A stretch of DNA of 64,000 bases from Polyangiales bacterium (GTDB lineage Bacteria > Myxococcota_A > Polyangia > Polyangiales > Houyiibacteriaceae), in the NCBI GenBank assembly GCA_045106895.1, contig JBGCFM010000069.1, forward strand, positions 1-64,000. Direction: 5' to 3'. Below are positions 9,716 to 19,189 of the stretch, one piece after another. How positions within the stretch are numbered: the first letter of the stretch is position 1; each line of letters starts with the position of its first letter. Both the position numbers and the translations under genes were made by a program. The notes beneath the pieces were generated by a model. The model was not told the origin of the DNA. It made no database searches and saw only the letters and a program-made list of their open reading frames with translations.

Positions 9716-10795
9716 CTAGTCGACGTGCACGAAGGTCACTCCGTCGATGGGGGTCTCGCTGTCAGGATCGAGGTTCACGCGCAGGTAGTGTCGTTCGATG
9801 CCATCGAGGCGTTCGGGGATCGCGCCGCCGCCGCCGCTGATGTACGTAGGCACGTCGCCGAGAGAGAAGGCGTAGTAGGAGTGCACGTGCCCAAAGAAGA
9901 TCGCGTCCACGCTGCGCGCGCTCAGCTCTTGAATCACGCGTGCCGCCTCGTTGCGCGAGCGAAAGGCGCCGGCGCGAAAGCCGGAAGCGTCCAGCAAGGG
10001 AACGTGCGTCAAAAAGAGGTGGGGCGCGTTCAGGTTGGCGTCCGCGAACTCGAGCATTCGGGTGTGAAGGTCTGGGTCGATGGTCGCGTTGGACGAATCG
10101 ACGAGGGACACCGCGACTCCATTCTGCACGAAGAACCCGCTGAAAGGACCAAAGAGCTCATGCCAGTTCTCGGGCCCCGGGACTTCGTGGTTTCCGACGG
10201 TGGAGTAGAAGGGCACGTCCAGCCGCTCGAGCTCTTGCTGAAAACGAAGCAGCTCTCCCCGTGTCCCGTTGTTCGTCAGGTCACCCGTCGAGATCACGTA
10301 GCGGAGCTCGTCTTGGTTTATGCGGTCGACGATCTCCGCCATGTTGTCGATGGCCTCTTGGATATCGCTGAGAACGCCCACGGCGTGTTCGACGGGATCG
10401 TCGGCGTCGGCGCTCTCGATGACGAGTTCGGCGCCGTCCATCGTCGGCAGAAGCGTCCACAAGCCTTCGGTTCGGCGCCGTCCGTTCTGTCGCGTGACGA
10501 CGCCGCCGCCGGCGTTGAGCTGGGAGTCCGGAAGGGTGTTCATGACCCGTAGCTGCAGAGGTTCGGTGATTCCCTCGATGCGCAATCGAAGCCTCGGCGC
10601 CCCTGCCCAGAGGACGACTTCCGCCGCGCTCGCGAAGCGTATCGCCATGGAGCCGTCTCCATCGATGCGAAGTCCGCCGACCTCAGTCATGCCCACCTGC
10701 TCGTCGAGACGTTCGTGGTGCTCCGAAGGGCGCAGGCAAGAAGCCGCCAGTAAGATCGACAACGACGCCGCTGTCCGTGCCAAGGGCTTGCGCAT
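9716..10795 (-). CDS. Calcineurin-like metallophosphoesterase, probable lipoprotein
   Basis: SDIQ, TGDLT, VGNHE, THVP, GHVH motifs; signal peptide LLAASC; TGATG overlap with the upstream gene. Confidence 0.88.
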   Translation of the reverse strand: MRKPLARTAASLSILLAASCLRPSEHHERLDEQVGMTEVGGLRIDGDGSMAIRFASAAEVVLWAGAPRLRLRIEGITEPLQLRVMNTLPDSQLNAGGGVVTRQNGRRRTEGLWTLLPTMDGAELVIESADADDPVEHAVGVLSDIQEAIDNMAEIVDRINQDELRYVISTGDLTNNGTRGELLRFQQELERLDVPFYSTVGNHEVPGPENWHELFGPFSGFFVQNGVAVSLVDSSNATIDPDLHTRMLEFADANLNAPHLFLTHVPLLDASGFRAGAFRSRNEAARVIQELSARSVDAIFFGHVHSYYAFSLGDVPTYISGGGGAIPERLDGIERHYLRVNLDPDSETPIDGVTFVHVD

Positions 10796-12096
10796 CACCA
10801 CCACCTCCGCTGCAACATCAAGCGCGTGACCCACGCTGAGCCATACTTGAACTCCGCACCGAGTCCCCATTCGCCGCTACCGAAGTAGCCGTGAGCTTCG
10901 GCGCCTATATGTCCAATGGCGCCGGCGGCGACGCTGTTGAGACTCATCGCGCCGGCAAATCCATCTCGTCGATGGTCGTAGAAGAAGCTGAACTCGCCGC
11001 GATCTGCCAGGTAGACGCCCATTCCCGCGCGGAGCACCAGAAGCGCGTTCGTCGTGTTCCCGACGCCGCCGCCGGTGGCCTTGAAACCGAAACCCTGAAG
11101 CCCAACGCCCCACTCGCCTTCCACGAACATGCCGCGCAACGAGGGGCCGAGCGCGGAGAGTTCTACCCGCCCGCCAAGGGCGACGTCTCCCGTGAGGTGC
11201 GCGAAGCCTTCGCTTCCGAAGCGCTGGTAGCGAAGCGATGTGCGCACAAAGCTGCTGGTCCCGCGAGCTTCTGCGCCGCTCAGGAAGTAACGCAGCCCGG
11301 CGTAGAATCGCTGGTTGTCGTGGGTTAGGGCGACACTCCCGCCGAGTTCAACCTGCACGGAACCAAAGCGCGCTCGGCCCTCTGCCTCGAGGAAGGGGCC
11401 GTAGTCGAACTGGGAGTCGACGAGGTAGAGGAGGCCGCCACGGAGGAAGAAGCGTTCGCGCTCCATCGCGCTTCCGCGAAGGCGCCCGCGGCTGAACGCG
11501 CCGGCGAGATCGGCGACGGTGGAGAGTAGGAAGGACGTGATGCCGATGATCGCAAGGGTGCTGAACACGGGAATGGTTCTTCGAGACGCCCCCGAGAGAA
11601 TGAGGCCTCCGCCGCCCACGACGACGGCGCCAAGGCCGCCAAGTCCCGCCGCCATGAGGCGCAGGCCGGTGCGGCGCTGTCCACCGATGAGGTGCGCGAG
11701 GCCAAGGCCTGGAACTAAGGCGAATGGAGCGGCCCAGCGGCGCATCGCGACGGGGGAGGGCGCAGCGAAATCCAAGTGAAGTTGTACGTTTGGAGGTATG
11801 GGAAGCGGAGCGTCGGACTGGCTGGCTTGCTCGGCGCTTTCAGGCTCGGAGGAGGAGGGCGGAGGTGCGGCGAGGGGCTCTTCATCCTGAGCCGCGATTT
11901 CATCCTGAGCGGCGACTTCATCCTGAGCCGCGACTTCAGCGAGCTCTTCGTTCGCGCCGGCATCTTCGACGACCACAATCTCGTCCGCGTCGCTGGGCAC
12001 GGTCGCTTCGATGCCTTGGGCCTCTTGTGCCCACGCGGCCGAGGACGCGCAGAAGCAGAAGGCCAGTGCCGCCCATAAGTGTGGTCTGGATCTCAC
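10795..12096 (-). CDS. Secreted or outer-membrane hypothetical protein (beta-strand-rich C-terminal half)
   Basis: GTG at 12096 overlaps the upstream stop. Signal peptide ending AAWA-QE, acidic linker, two hydrophobic helices, then amphipathic beta strands ending in WW. Confidence 0.6.
   Translation of the reverse strand: MRSRPHLWAALAFCFCASSAAWAQEAQGIEATVPSDADEIVVVEDAGANEELAEVAAQDEVAAQDEIAAQDEEPLAAPPPSSSEPESAEQASQSDAPLPIPPNVQLHLDFAAPSPVAMRRWAAPFALVPGLGLAHLIGGQRRTGLRLMAAGLGGLGAVVVGGGGLILSGASRRTIPVFSTLAIIGITSFLLSTVADLAGAFSRGRLRGSAMERERFFLRGGLLYLVDSQFDYGPFLEAEGRARFGSVQVELGGSVALTHDNQRFYAGLRYFLSGAEARGTSSFVRTSLRYQRFGSEGFAHLTGDVALGGRVELSALGPSLRGMFVEGEWGVGLQGFGFKATGGGVGNTTNALLVLRAGMGVYLADRGEFSFFYDHRRDGFAGAMSLNSVAAGAIGHIGAEAHGYFGSGEWGLGAEFKYGSAWVTRLMLQRRWW
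11881..11937. repeat. Intragenic 18-bp tandem repeat, 3 copies, encoding (V/I)AAQDE
   Basis: ttcatcctgagc(c/g)gcga(t/c) x3 read directly. Confidence 0.9.
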
Positions 12097-13133
12097 GGGT
12101 CGTTCCTTCGATGATCCGCATAGAAGGTCAAGTCGAGGGAGGCGGGCCCAGACGAGTCGAGGGCTTCGCCGCGGAAGCGCAACGATTCGTGGGCTCCGCC
12201 GTCCAGTCGATAGGCGCTGCTCACCGTGGCGCCGCCGCCGAAGACCCACGCGCGACCTGACGCGTCGAGCCCCCACACGCCCGTCGCGACTCTTCGCCAT
12301 CGCGCTTCGAAGCCGGGTGCCCTCGCGTCCATCGCCTTCAGAAGTCGACGAGCGAGGCTCGCGCTGGGCTTGCATTGGGGAGAGCACGGCGTGTGAGAAA
12401 GAAGGGCGAGGGGCCCGATGAGGAATCCGTTCTCCGGCGGCCCACCTGCACCCCCGAGGCGTGCGTCGGCCATCGCCGCGTCGTCTCGGGCAGCGAGTTC
12501 GAGGTATGCGCGGACGCAACAGGGCGGATATCCAAGGGCGTCGCCGAAGAACGAAGAGGCCATGTCCTCGTCGCTCGTGAGCGCACGCTGGGCCGCCACG
12601 GCTTCCGCCAGCGTCGCCTCGTCGAGGGCGCCGAGGACCACGCCGTCGACGACGCTCACAACGACGCCTTGTTCGCGCCACCAAGCGATCCGGCGGCGAG
12701 TCGCCTCCGGGCTTAGCGCGTCGCGCTTCGCGACACGCCGAGTTCCGAGCCACAGTCCGAGAAGCTCGAAGTCCGCTGGCCAAAGCGCACCGGCGGAAGG
12801 AAAACCTAAGCGAAGCTCTTCGGGCCAAGCGGGCCACGGAAACTCGCTCGCTTGCCATCGAACAGCGAGACAGCGCCCGCCGGCGGCAGAGAGCGCCGCG
12901 GCGAACCATGCGGCGGCGCGTTCTTCGTCCTCGCCGTCTTCACCGCCATTGCCAGCTTCACCGGGGTCCTGCGTCAGCGCGGACTTCAGCTCCCGCAACC
13001 AAGGCTTCGCGGCCTCCAGGTGCGTCAAGCGCCAGCGTCCCAAGCGCGCGAACGCAGGCCCTTCCTCTTGGTCTAGGCGAAACGTCCACTGCGATTCGGC
13101 GTGAGTCGCTCGAATGGTTCCTCGTCGACTCAC
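12093..13133 (-). CDS. Hypothetical Cys-motif protein (DUF483-like)
   Basis: LGYPPCCV and LLSHTPCSPQC motifs; 4-nt overlaps with both neighbours. Confidence 0.6.
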   Translation of the reverse strand: MSRRGTIRATHAESQWTFRLDQEEGPAFARLGRWRLTHLEAAKPWLRELKSALTQDPGEAGNGGEDGEDEERAAAWFAAALSAAGGRCLAVRWQASEFPWPAWPEELRLGFPSAGALWPADFELLGLWLGTRRVAKRDALSPEATRRRIAWWREQGVVVSVVDGVVLGALDEATLAEAVAAQRALTSDEDMASSFFGDALGYPPCCVRAYLELAARDDAAMADARLGGAGGPPENGFLIGPLALLSHTPCSPQCKPSASLARRLLKAMDARAPGFEARWRRVATGVWGLDASGRAWVFGGGATVSSAYRLDGGAHESLRFRGEALDSSGPASLDLTFYADHRRNDP

Positions 13134-13384
13134 CGGGGACTCTGCATGACCTCTCGCATCACCTCCGCCAGGAGTCCACGAACGTCCGCTTCGCGCGGAA
13201 GACGTCGGTCGAGTTCATCGCCGACTTGGCTCACGATTCGCTCCGTCGCATCGCGGAGCTGCTCTCGAACTTTCTCCTCCACGCGCTGAGCGCTGAGCTC
13301 AACGATCCGGTCGATAAGGGCCTTCTCCTGGGGAAGCCTGGATACGGCTTTCTCAAGCTTCTTCAGTCGTCGTTTCGTGCCCAT
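13130..13384 (-). CDS. Small charged helical hypothetical protein (84 aa)
   Basis: GAGGAG RBS before ATG at 13384; MGTKRRLKKLEKAVSRL...; stop overlaps the next gene. Confidence 0.7.
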   Translation of the reverse strand: MGTKRRLKKLEKAVSRLPQEKALIDRIVELSAQRVEEKVREQLRDATERIVSQVGDELDRRLPREADVRGLLAEVMREVMQSPR

Positions 13385-13394
13385 CGCTGTCTCC

Positions 13395-15659
13395 TCAAAG
13401 CTCCGGCGGAGCGGCCTCGACGTCGTCGGGCGCGCCGCTTGTCTCGTTTGTTTCACTCGGTGCCGCGGGGGCCACCTGCCGCGCCGCGGCACGCGCCGCG
13501 ACAACCTGGTCCTCGGCGTGTCGACGGGCGGCGATTTGAACCTCAAGGGATCGAGCGAGCGCCGCCGAACGAGTCTGCTCCGCGGCCGTCTCAGCCTCCG
13601 CCGCGGCAACGGCGCCTTCGAGGCTCGTCAGCTCACCGCGGAGTTCCCGTAAGGTAGCTTCATGCTCTTGGGCGCGCCGGGAGGCATCGTCGGCGCGCGC
13701 AGCGGTCTCAGCGAGACGCGCCTGGCTCGTGGCGAGCGCCGCCGCAGAGCTTGCGCGAAGGCTCTCAAGGTCGCGTTCGAGCATCGCGCGCTCGCTGCGT
13801 CGTGCCTCGCGGGAACGCTCGAGCGTTTCCGCCAGCTGACTCGTCCGGGCATTCAAGCGCTCGTTGCGCGTCCCTTGAGTCTCGTAACTGGCGGTGAGCT
13901 GTGTCAGTCGCGATTCGGCGTCGGCGAGTCGTTCGCGAAGCTCTGACGACGAGAGCTGCATGGATTCGTAGCGTGACGCGATGGCGGAACGCTCGGCGCT
14001 GGTGGCCGCAAGGTCCGAACGTGCTGCACTCAGCGCACGCCCGCTCGCGTTTACCTGCGTCTCGTAGTGAACGATGGCGCCACCGAAGGCCGCGCTTGCG
14101 ATGAGCAGGACTGGCAGCATCAGACGAAGGAGCCGACGACGCCGCTTCTTGTTGGCTTCCGGCTCGATGAGCACGTCGAGCTCACGGACGAGTTCGTCGG
14201 CGCTCGGTCGCTCAAGGGCATCCAGGGACATCCAGCGCTTGAAGTGCGGCGCGAGGAAACGCAGTCGGCGTTCCGTCGGGAGGCTCGGGATCTGACGCGC
14301 GCGTTTCTCCACAAACGTCTCAATGGCGCCGCCGTCGACGTCCTCTTCCGTCGAAGGCTCCAGGGCGTTTCGAAGCGTCAGCGCGAGGGCAAAGACGTCC
14401 GCTTTTGTGCTGACCCACGGCTTGTCGTCCACCGTGGCGAACTGCGCGGCGACCTCCGGGGCAAAATACGTCGGGGTACCCGCAACGAGCATCTCCGCCT
14501 CGGTTGCGGAGACGCCCAAATCGATGAGCACCGGCAGCACTTCGCCCTCGCCCGGTAGGTCCGCGAGGAAGACATTGTCCGGCTTGATGTCCTGATGCCG
14601 AATCCCGCCGGCGTGCATCGCTTCGAGGGCCCGCGCGAGCTTGACGAAGATCTGATGCGCCTCGCGTCGCGAGAGAGGCTCGCGCTCCATGCGCGACGCC
14701 AGCGTTTCTCCGTCGTACCAGGGCATGACAAACCAGAGCCGGCCGTCGTGCCAGCCGTGGTCTTTGAACTGAACGACGCTCGGATGAAAGACCGAAGCGA
14801 TGTGCCGAAGCTCGCGGAGCGCGTGCTGGCGTGCGGCGTCCGTGTAGGATGGCTGATGAAGCAGCTTGAGCGCGACGACATGCCCTGGAACTTCAGCGTC
14901 TTCGGCGCGATAGACGTCTCCAAAGGCGCCGCCGCCGACGCGGGCTTGAACGCGGTAGCGTTTGCCGATGAACGCACCCGTTCCGAGGGCCGCCGCTGTC
15001 TGAAGGGCCTCGCCGCTCGCTCCCGGGAGCCGGACGCTGAAGGCCTGCAGCAACATTCGGCGCAGGCCCTGATTGCGTGTGGCGGCGAGGAGCGCGGACG
15101 CTTTCTCTGACGCCGCGCTGAGATTTGCCAGAACGGCGTCGAGGTCGAGATCGAGGACGAGTGCGAGTTCGTTTGCCTGGAGTTCTCGCGCGTACCGAAG
15201 TTCGAGTATCTCAGCCTCGTCGTCGAGCAGGTCACGACGGAGCCTTTCGAATCTTGTGGACGCATGCTGGAAGGGGGCTTGCTCATCGCTCTTCTCGCGC
15301 GTGAGCACGATGTCCCGCGCCAGTCGGTAAAGGTGCGCCCGAATCCCCGGAGCACCGACCAGAGACTCGCTCGTTCGAACGGTGACCATCGCGCGGAGCT
15401 GGGACCATGCGGCGTCCGCCTTCGTCGCGGATCGGAGGCGCAACGTGAGGTACTCCCGCAAGCCGCGTTCGTAGTGCCGGAGCGCTTTCCCATGGAGGAC
15501 ATCCACGACGGTCTCGGGGCGGCCGGTCCGTTTGTGCTCGGCGGCGACGAGAGCGGCGGTGCGCGAAAGAAGCGAGTCTTCTACCTCGTCGACGAGGCCG
15601 CTTGGCGGCGGACGGAGGTCTTGACGTGACGAGGAAACGCTCTCGGAAATCTGGTCCAC
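13395..15659 (-). CDS. Membrane Ser/Thr protein kinase with N-terminal ECF sigma-factor-like domain and C-terminal coiled coil
   Basis: Kinase motifs GGGAFGDVY, VALK, HQDIKPDN, DLG, GTPTYFAPE, DVFAL; TM helix; sigma2-like LRHYERGLREYL...HLYRLARD and sigma4-like EILELRYARELQANELALVLD. Confidence 0.85.
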   Translation of the reverse strand: MDQISESVSSSRQDLRPPPSGLVDEVEDSLLSRTAALVAAEHKRTGRPETVVDVLHGKALRHYERGLREYLTLRLRSATKADAAWSQLRAMVTVRTSESLVGAPGIRAHLYRLARDIVLTREKSDEQAPFQHASTRFERLRRDLLDDEAEILELRYARELQANELALVLDLDLDAVLANLSAASEKASALLAATRNQGLRRMLLQAFSVRLPGASGEALQTAAALGTGAFIGKRYRVQARVGGGAFGDVYRAEDAEVPGHVVALKLLHQPSYTDAARQHALRELRHIASVFHPSVVQFKDHGWHDGRLWFVMPWYDGETLASRMEREPLSRREAHQIFVKLARALEAMHAGGIRHQDIKPDNVFLADLPGEGEVLPVLIDLGVSATEAEMLVAGTPTYFAPEVAAQFATVDDKPWVSTKADVFALALTLRNALEPSTEEDVDGGAIETFVEKRARQIPSLPTERRLRFLAPHFKRWMSLDALERPSADELVRELDVLIEPEANKKRRRRLLRLMLPVLLIASAAFGGAIVHYETQVNASGRALSAARSDLAATSAERSAIASRYESMQLSSSELRERLADAESRLTQLTASYETQGTRNERLNARTSQLAETLERSREARRSERAMLERDLESLRASSAAALATSQARLAETAARADDASRRAQEHEATLRELRGELTSLEGAVAAAEAETAAEQTRSAALARSLEVQIAARRHAEDQVVAARAAARQVAPAAPSETNETSGAPDDVEAAPPEL

Positions 15660-15717
15660 CCCCTATGGTCCCGGGGTTTGGGCTTCTAGATCAACAAAAC
15701 CGCAGGCCTCGCCGGCG

Positions 15718-16269
15718 TCAAACGTGCCAGGTCGCGATCCAGCAAGCCCCGTCCAGGGTTCGGTGTGACGCCACCCGCACGCTCTCGCGACCCGCACAGG
15801 AGAGCACCGTCTCCGCGCCCGCGGCGATGCCGTTGATCTGCATGTCCGTGACGCCACTCCAGCCGGTTAGACGTATCTCAGCAGACCCAGGCCGGACGAT
15901 GCGTGCGTTCAGCTCACCTGCGGAGAGGCCACGTGAAAACACCAGCGGCGCTCGTCGAACCAGCGCCTCATCGCTCGTGAATCGGAGAAGCGAGCGCCAA
16001 ACGCCGCGCATCGCGCTCTCCATGCTCACCCGAACGAGCTCGCGATGAAGGCGCATCACTTCCCGGCCCGTTTCCGCGGCCACGGCGCCGTACACGGCCT
16101 CCACGGTCCGGGTGCGAATGCGCGTCAGGGTTCGAACCGTGCTGTATTCCTCACGCATTTCTTCCGGCAACGTTCGCAGGGCCGCCACGACGGCCTCCGC
16201 GCCCACGATCCCTTCGAGCGCTTCACGCTCTTTGCGAATCAGTGCACCGATGACGCGTGGCTCCTTCAC
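15718..16269 (-). CDS. Hypothetical protein (resembles myxobacterial DUF2378-type small proteins)
   Basis: Coding-like frame VKEPRVIGALIRKEREALEGIVGAEAVVAALRTLP...; start uncertain; family assignment from memory only. Confidence 0.55.
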   Translation of the reverse strand: MKEPRVIGALIRKEREALEGIVGAEAVVAALRTLPEEMREEYSTVRTLTRIRTRTVEAVYGAVAAETGREVMRLHRELVRVSMESAMRGVWRSLLRFTSDEALVRRAPLVFSRGLSAGELNARIVRPGSAEIRLTGWSGVTDMQINGIAAGAETVLSCAGRESVRVASHRTLDGACWIATWHV

Positions 16270-16321
16270 CGGACGGACCTGGTAGCAATCGGTGTCCTTG
16301 TAAAGGGATGGTTTCGCACTC

Positions 16322-17008
16322 TCAACGAGACAGGACCCATAGGTCCAGAGCCACGTTGGAAACGTAGTGAAAAACCAGCGCGTACCAGACACTACGCAGT
16401 CGTAGGCAGAGTGCGCCGATGGCGATTCCCCAGACCGGCGCCGCGACCATCTCTGCCAGAGGCTTGTCCAGGTGCCAAACGGTCTGGACGATGGTCGAGA
16501 CGCCGAGCGCGAGGCTCGTACTCCCGCTCCAGCGCTTGACGCCGAAGAGGAGAAAGCCACGCACGGAGATCTCTCCTGCTGCGAAGAAGAAGAAGTACGT
16601 CGCTTCGTATGCCACCAGAGAATCGCCCGGCGCGTACAGCGGATACTCCGCCTGCATATTCGGATCGGCGGACACGAAGTACATCACCGGAATGCTGAGT
16701 ACGCTCGCGACGATGGCGAAGATGAGCCCGTGTTTTCGTTCGCCCCAGCCGAGCCCGTAGTCTGTCAGGTTCTCGCCCAAGAGCTTCAGCACGAGCGCCG
16801 GAATCGCCACCATCACGAGGGCGCCGATGACGAAGGAGACCATCCCCGTCAGCGCCGGCGTCATCGGCTCCAAGAATGTCAGCGCCCACGGACGTCCTTC
16901 GTGACCCCAGAGCACGAACCCGAGAGTCAGCACCAAGGGGAGGGCGAGCTCAGGTTTGCGCAGCTCTGTGCGAAGTCGCTGATGCCATGTCTCTTTCGTT
17001 TCACTCAC
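16322..17008 (-). CDS. CPBP (CAAX/Abi) family intramembrane glutamic endopeptidase
   Basis: Multi-TM; GEISVRGFLLFG, WHLDKP..E and HYVSN motifs. Confidence 0.8.
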   Translation of the reverse strand: MSETKETWHQRLRTELRKPELALPLVLTLGFVLWGHEGRPWALTFLEPMTPALTGMVSFVIGALVMVAIPALVLKLLGENLTDYGLGWGERKHGLIFAIVASVLSIPVMYFVSADPNMQAEYPLYAPGDSLVAYEATYFFFFAAGEISVRGFLLFGVKRWSGSTSLALGVSTIVQTVWHLDKPLAEMVAAPVWGIAIGALCLRLRSVWYALVFHYVSNVALDLWVLSR

Positions 17009-17011
17009 AGC

Positions 17012-18490
17012 TCAGCTCATCCATCCATAGAGGGGCAACAGGATCCGAAGCAGCAATACAATCGCCACCGCGCATATGAGGTTCAGGGCGAGACCCGTCC
17101 GCATCATCGAGCGGAGATCCACGCGGCCTGTTCCGTACACGATCGCGTTCGGGCCTGTAGCGATGGGCAGGACGAAGGCGCAGCTCGCCGCAAGGCCCAC
17201 CGCCAGCGCTGGAGGCAGAATCGAAACGCCGAGCTCTTCGGCGATGGAGATCACAAGTGGGACGAGCATCGTGGCGGATGCCGTGTTCGAGCAAGCTTCG
17301 GTGAAGAAGATGGTGAACACCGTGACGAGGGCCGTGAGCGTCCAGAGGCCAGAGATGCCCGTGGAGGCGACGAAGCCCTGAGCGAGGGCCTGGGCGAGAC
17401 CGGTCTCTCGCATCTGTGTGCCGAGGGCGATGCCGCCACCAAAGAGCAAGATGATGCCCCAGTCGATCTGCGTCGCTTCGCTCCACGGCAGCACGAGTTC
17501 TTTCTTTTCGTCGCGTACGACGAAGAGAACGGTGCACGCCAAAAGCGCGACGGCACCGCCCGGGAGGAGAGCGGCGAAGGCGGCGCCTGCCTCGGAACCG
17601 CTCGCCTTCCATAACCCAGTGCTCGTCCATCCTGCGATGGCCAAGAGCAGCGCCGCCGCCGTGGTCCGTTCGCCTCGGCTCCAAGGTTTGCGCGCTACCT
17701 GTGTCGCGTCGCCGTCCGCTGCAGAAGGCGCCGGCGCCGGAGCCGCGTCCTGTCCGGAGCGCCGGCCTGTGAACGTGATGACCACCACGAGAAGCACCAG
17801 CGCCGCCGGCATCCCGATCATCGCCCACTCGATGAAGCCGAAGGACACGTCGGCGCCCAAGCTTGCGTCGATGAGCCGCGCGGCGATGCCGTTAGGGGGC
17901 GAACCGACGAGGGTGCCGAGCCCTCCAACGCTACACGCGTAAGCGAGGCCGAGGAGCGGCGCCGTCGCAGGGTCTTTGGTTCCGCTCGTCTTTCCAAGGG
18001 CGTAGGTGCCCAGCAGAATCGGCGCGAGGATCGCCGTCGTCGCCGTGTTGCTGATCCACATCGAGAGCAGCGCGCCGGTGACGAGGAACGCGACGCGCAG
18101 CCGGCTTGGCTTCGTGCGCACCATCGAGAGCGTGAGCAGCGAGTTGGCAAGTCGTCGATCAAGGCCGTGCCGTTGCATCGAGCGGGCGATAAAAAAGCCT
18201 CCGACGAAGAGGAAGAGGAGCGGGTCGGAGTAGGGGGCGAATGCTTCCTTGCTCGGGGCGATGCCAAAGCCAATGAGCGCCGGCGCGATGAGCAACGCCG
18301 TTACCGGAATTGGGAGCGCTTCGGTGACCCACAACGTGACCACGGCCACGAAGATCACGAGGAGGCGGTGGGCCTTGGGCTCGCTTTCAATGCCGAGGGC
18401 TTCGGCGACGAAGGGACGCTGCGCGACGAGCGCGAGGATGAGGGCGAGACCGGTGCTCGCTTCACGGCGCCAAGCGGCGAGCTTTCTCAT
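17012..18490 (-). CDS. SLC13/DASS family sodium:dicarboxylate or sulfate symporter
   Basis: LWVTEALPIPVT, SMWISNTAT, GGLGTLVGSPPN, TEACSNTA, LPIATGPNAIVY motifs; ATG at 18490. Confidence 0.92.
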   Translation of the reverse strand: MRKLAAWRREASTGLALILALVAQRPFVAEALGIESEPKAHRLLVIFVAVVTLWVTEALPIPVTALLIAPALIGFGIAPSKEAFAPYSDPLLFLFVGGFFIARSMQRHGLDRRLANSLLTLSMVRTKPSRLRVAFLVTGALLSMWISNTATTAILAPILLGTYALGKTSGTKDPATAPLLGLAYACSVGGLGTLVGSPPNGIAARLIDASLGADVSFGFIEWAMIGMPAALVLLVVVITFTGRRSGQDAAPAPAPSAADGDATQVARKPWSRGERTTAAALLLAIAGWTSTGLWKASGSEAGAAFAALLPGGAVALLACTVLFVVRDEKKELVLPWSEATQIDWGIILLFGGGIALGTQMRETGLAQALAQGFVASTGISGLWTLTALVTVFTIFFTEACSNTASATMLVPLVISIAEELGVSILPPALAVGLAASCAFVLPIATGPNAIVYGTGRVDLRSMMRTGLALNLICAVAIVLLLRILLPLYGWMS

Positions 18491-18497
18491 CGAAGAA

Positions 18498-18953
18498 TCA
18501 GCAGACGAGGAACGCGCCGCGCGGGTGAGCGCTGGCGCGCTCGGACCACGTGAGGAGCGTCGGTGCGGCTGCGTTCGACACGCGCTGGCCACACCAGTGC
18601 GCGAGCTCCATCAGGCTCACGCCGTGAGATTCGTGACTCGGCGCGCGACCGTTGCCGCGATTGGCGAGGAAGAAACTCAGCCCCGCCGACTCGCTGACGC
18701 CCTGCTGGGTCGCGTCTGTTCGAAGCACGTCTACCTGGAATCGTTGGCCCTCAGCGTCCCGCATCAAGACAGCGACGGCGCCGAGGTGAAACTCAGCGGA
18801 CTCTACAGTCGCCGAGCCGAGCGCCGTGCCTACGAGACCGTCGAAGAACACGTGTACGTCTTCCGCCGCAGCGCGGCTGGTGGTCAAAGCGCCGAGAGCG
18901 GCGGTGCCAGCGGCAGCTCCCTTAAAGAAGCCTCGTCGAGTGATTTCGCTCAT
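18498..18953 (-). CDS. Tat-exported hypothetical protein
   Basis: Consensus twin-arginine signal TRRGFFK followed by a hydrophobic stretch and an AAA cleavage site. Confidence 0.75.
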   Translation of the reverse strand: MSEITRRGFFKGAAAGTAALGALTTSRAAAEDVHVFFDGLVGTALGSATVESAEFHLGAVAVLMRDAEGQRFQVDVLRTDATQQGVSESAGLSFFLANRGNGRAPSHESHGVSLMELAHWCGQRVSNAAAPTLLTWSERASAHPRGAFLVC

Positions 18954-19189
18954 CGACCCCAGAGTATCACGAGGAGACCAGAGGCGACCACTCCGTGGCC
19001 ATCACAGCTTTGGGGCCCCAGGCGATCGCTGTCGAGGAGCACGGAACTGTGGGCGCTGTGACACAAGGCTTCCCGCCGTTTTGTCGATTTTCAGCGGTTT
19101 TGACTGCTCAAAGGCCTGGAGCGCTCTTTGCGACGCGCATGCCCATGGATTGTGAAGCCGACTGTCTGAAACTTGCTCTGGAGAGATCG

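Noticed and set aside
12097..12909. N-terminal extension of the 704-aa ORF 10795..12909
   Set aside because: It is Arg-rich, non-protein-like sequence overlapping the real 12093..13133 gene; a signal peptide begins at GTG 12096.
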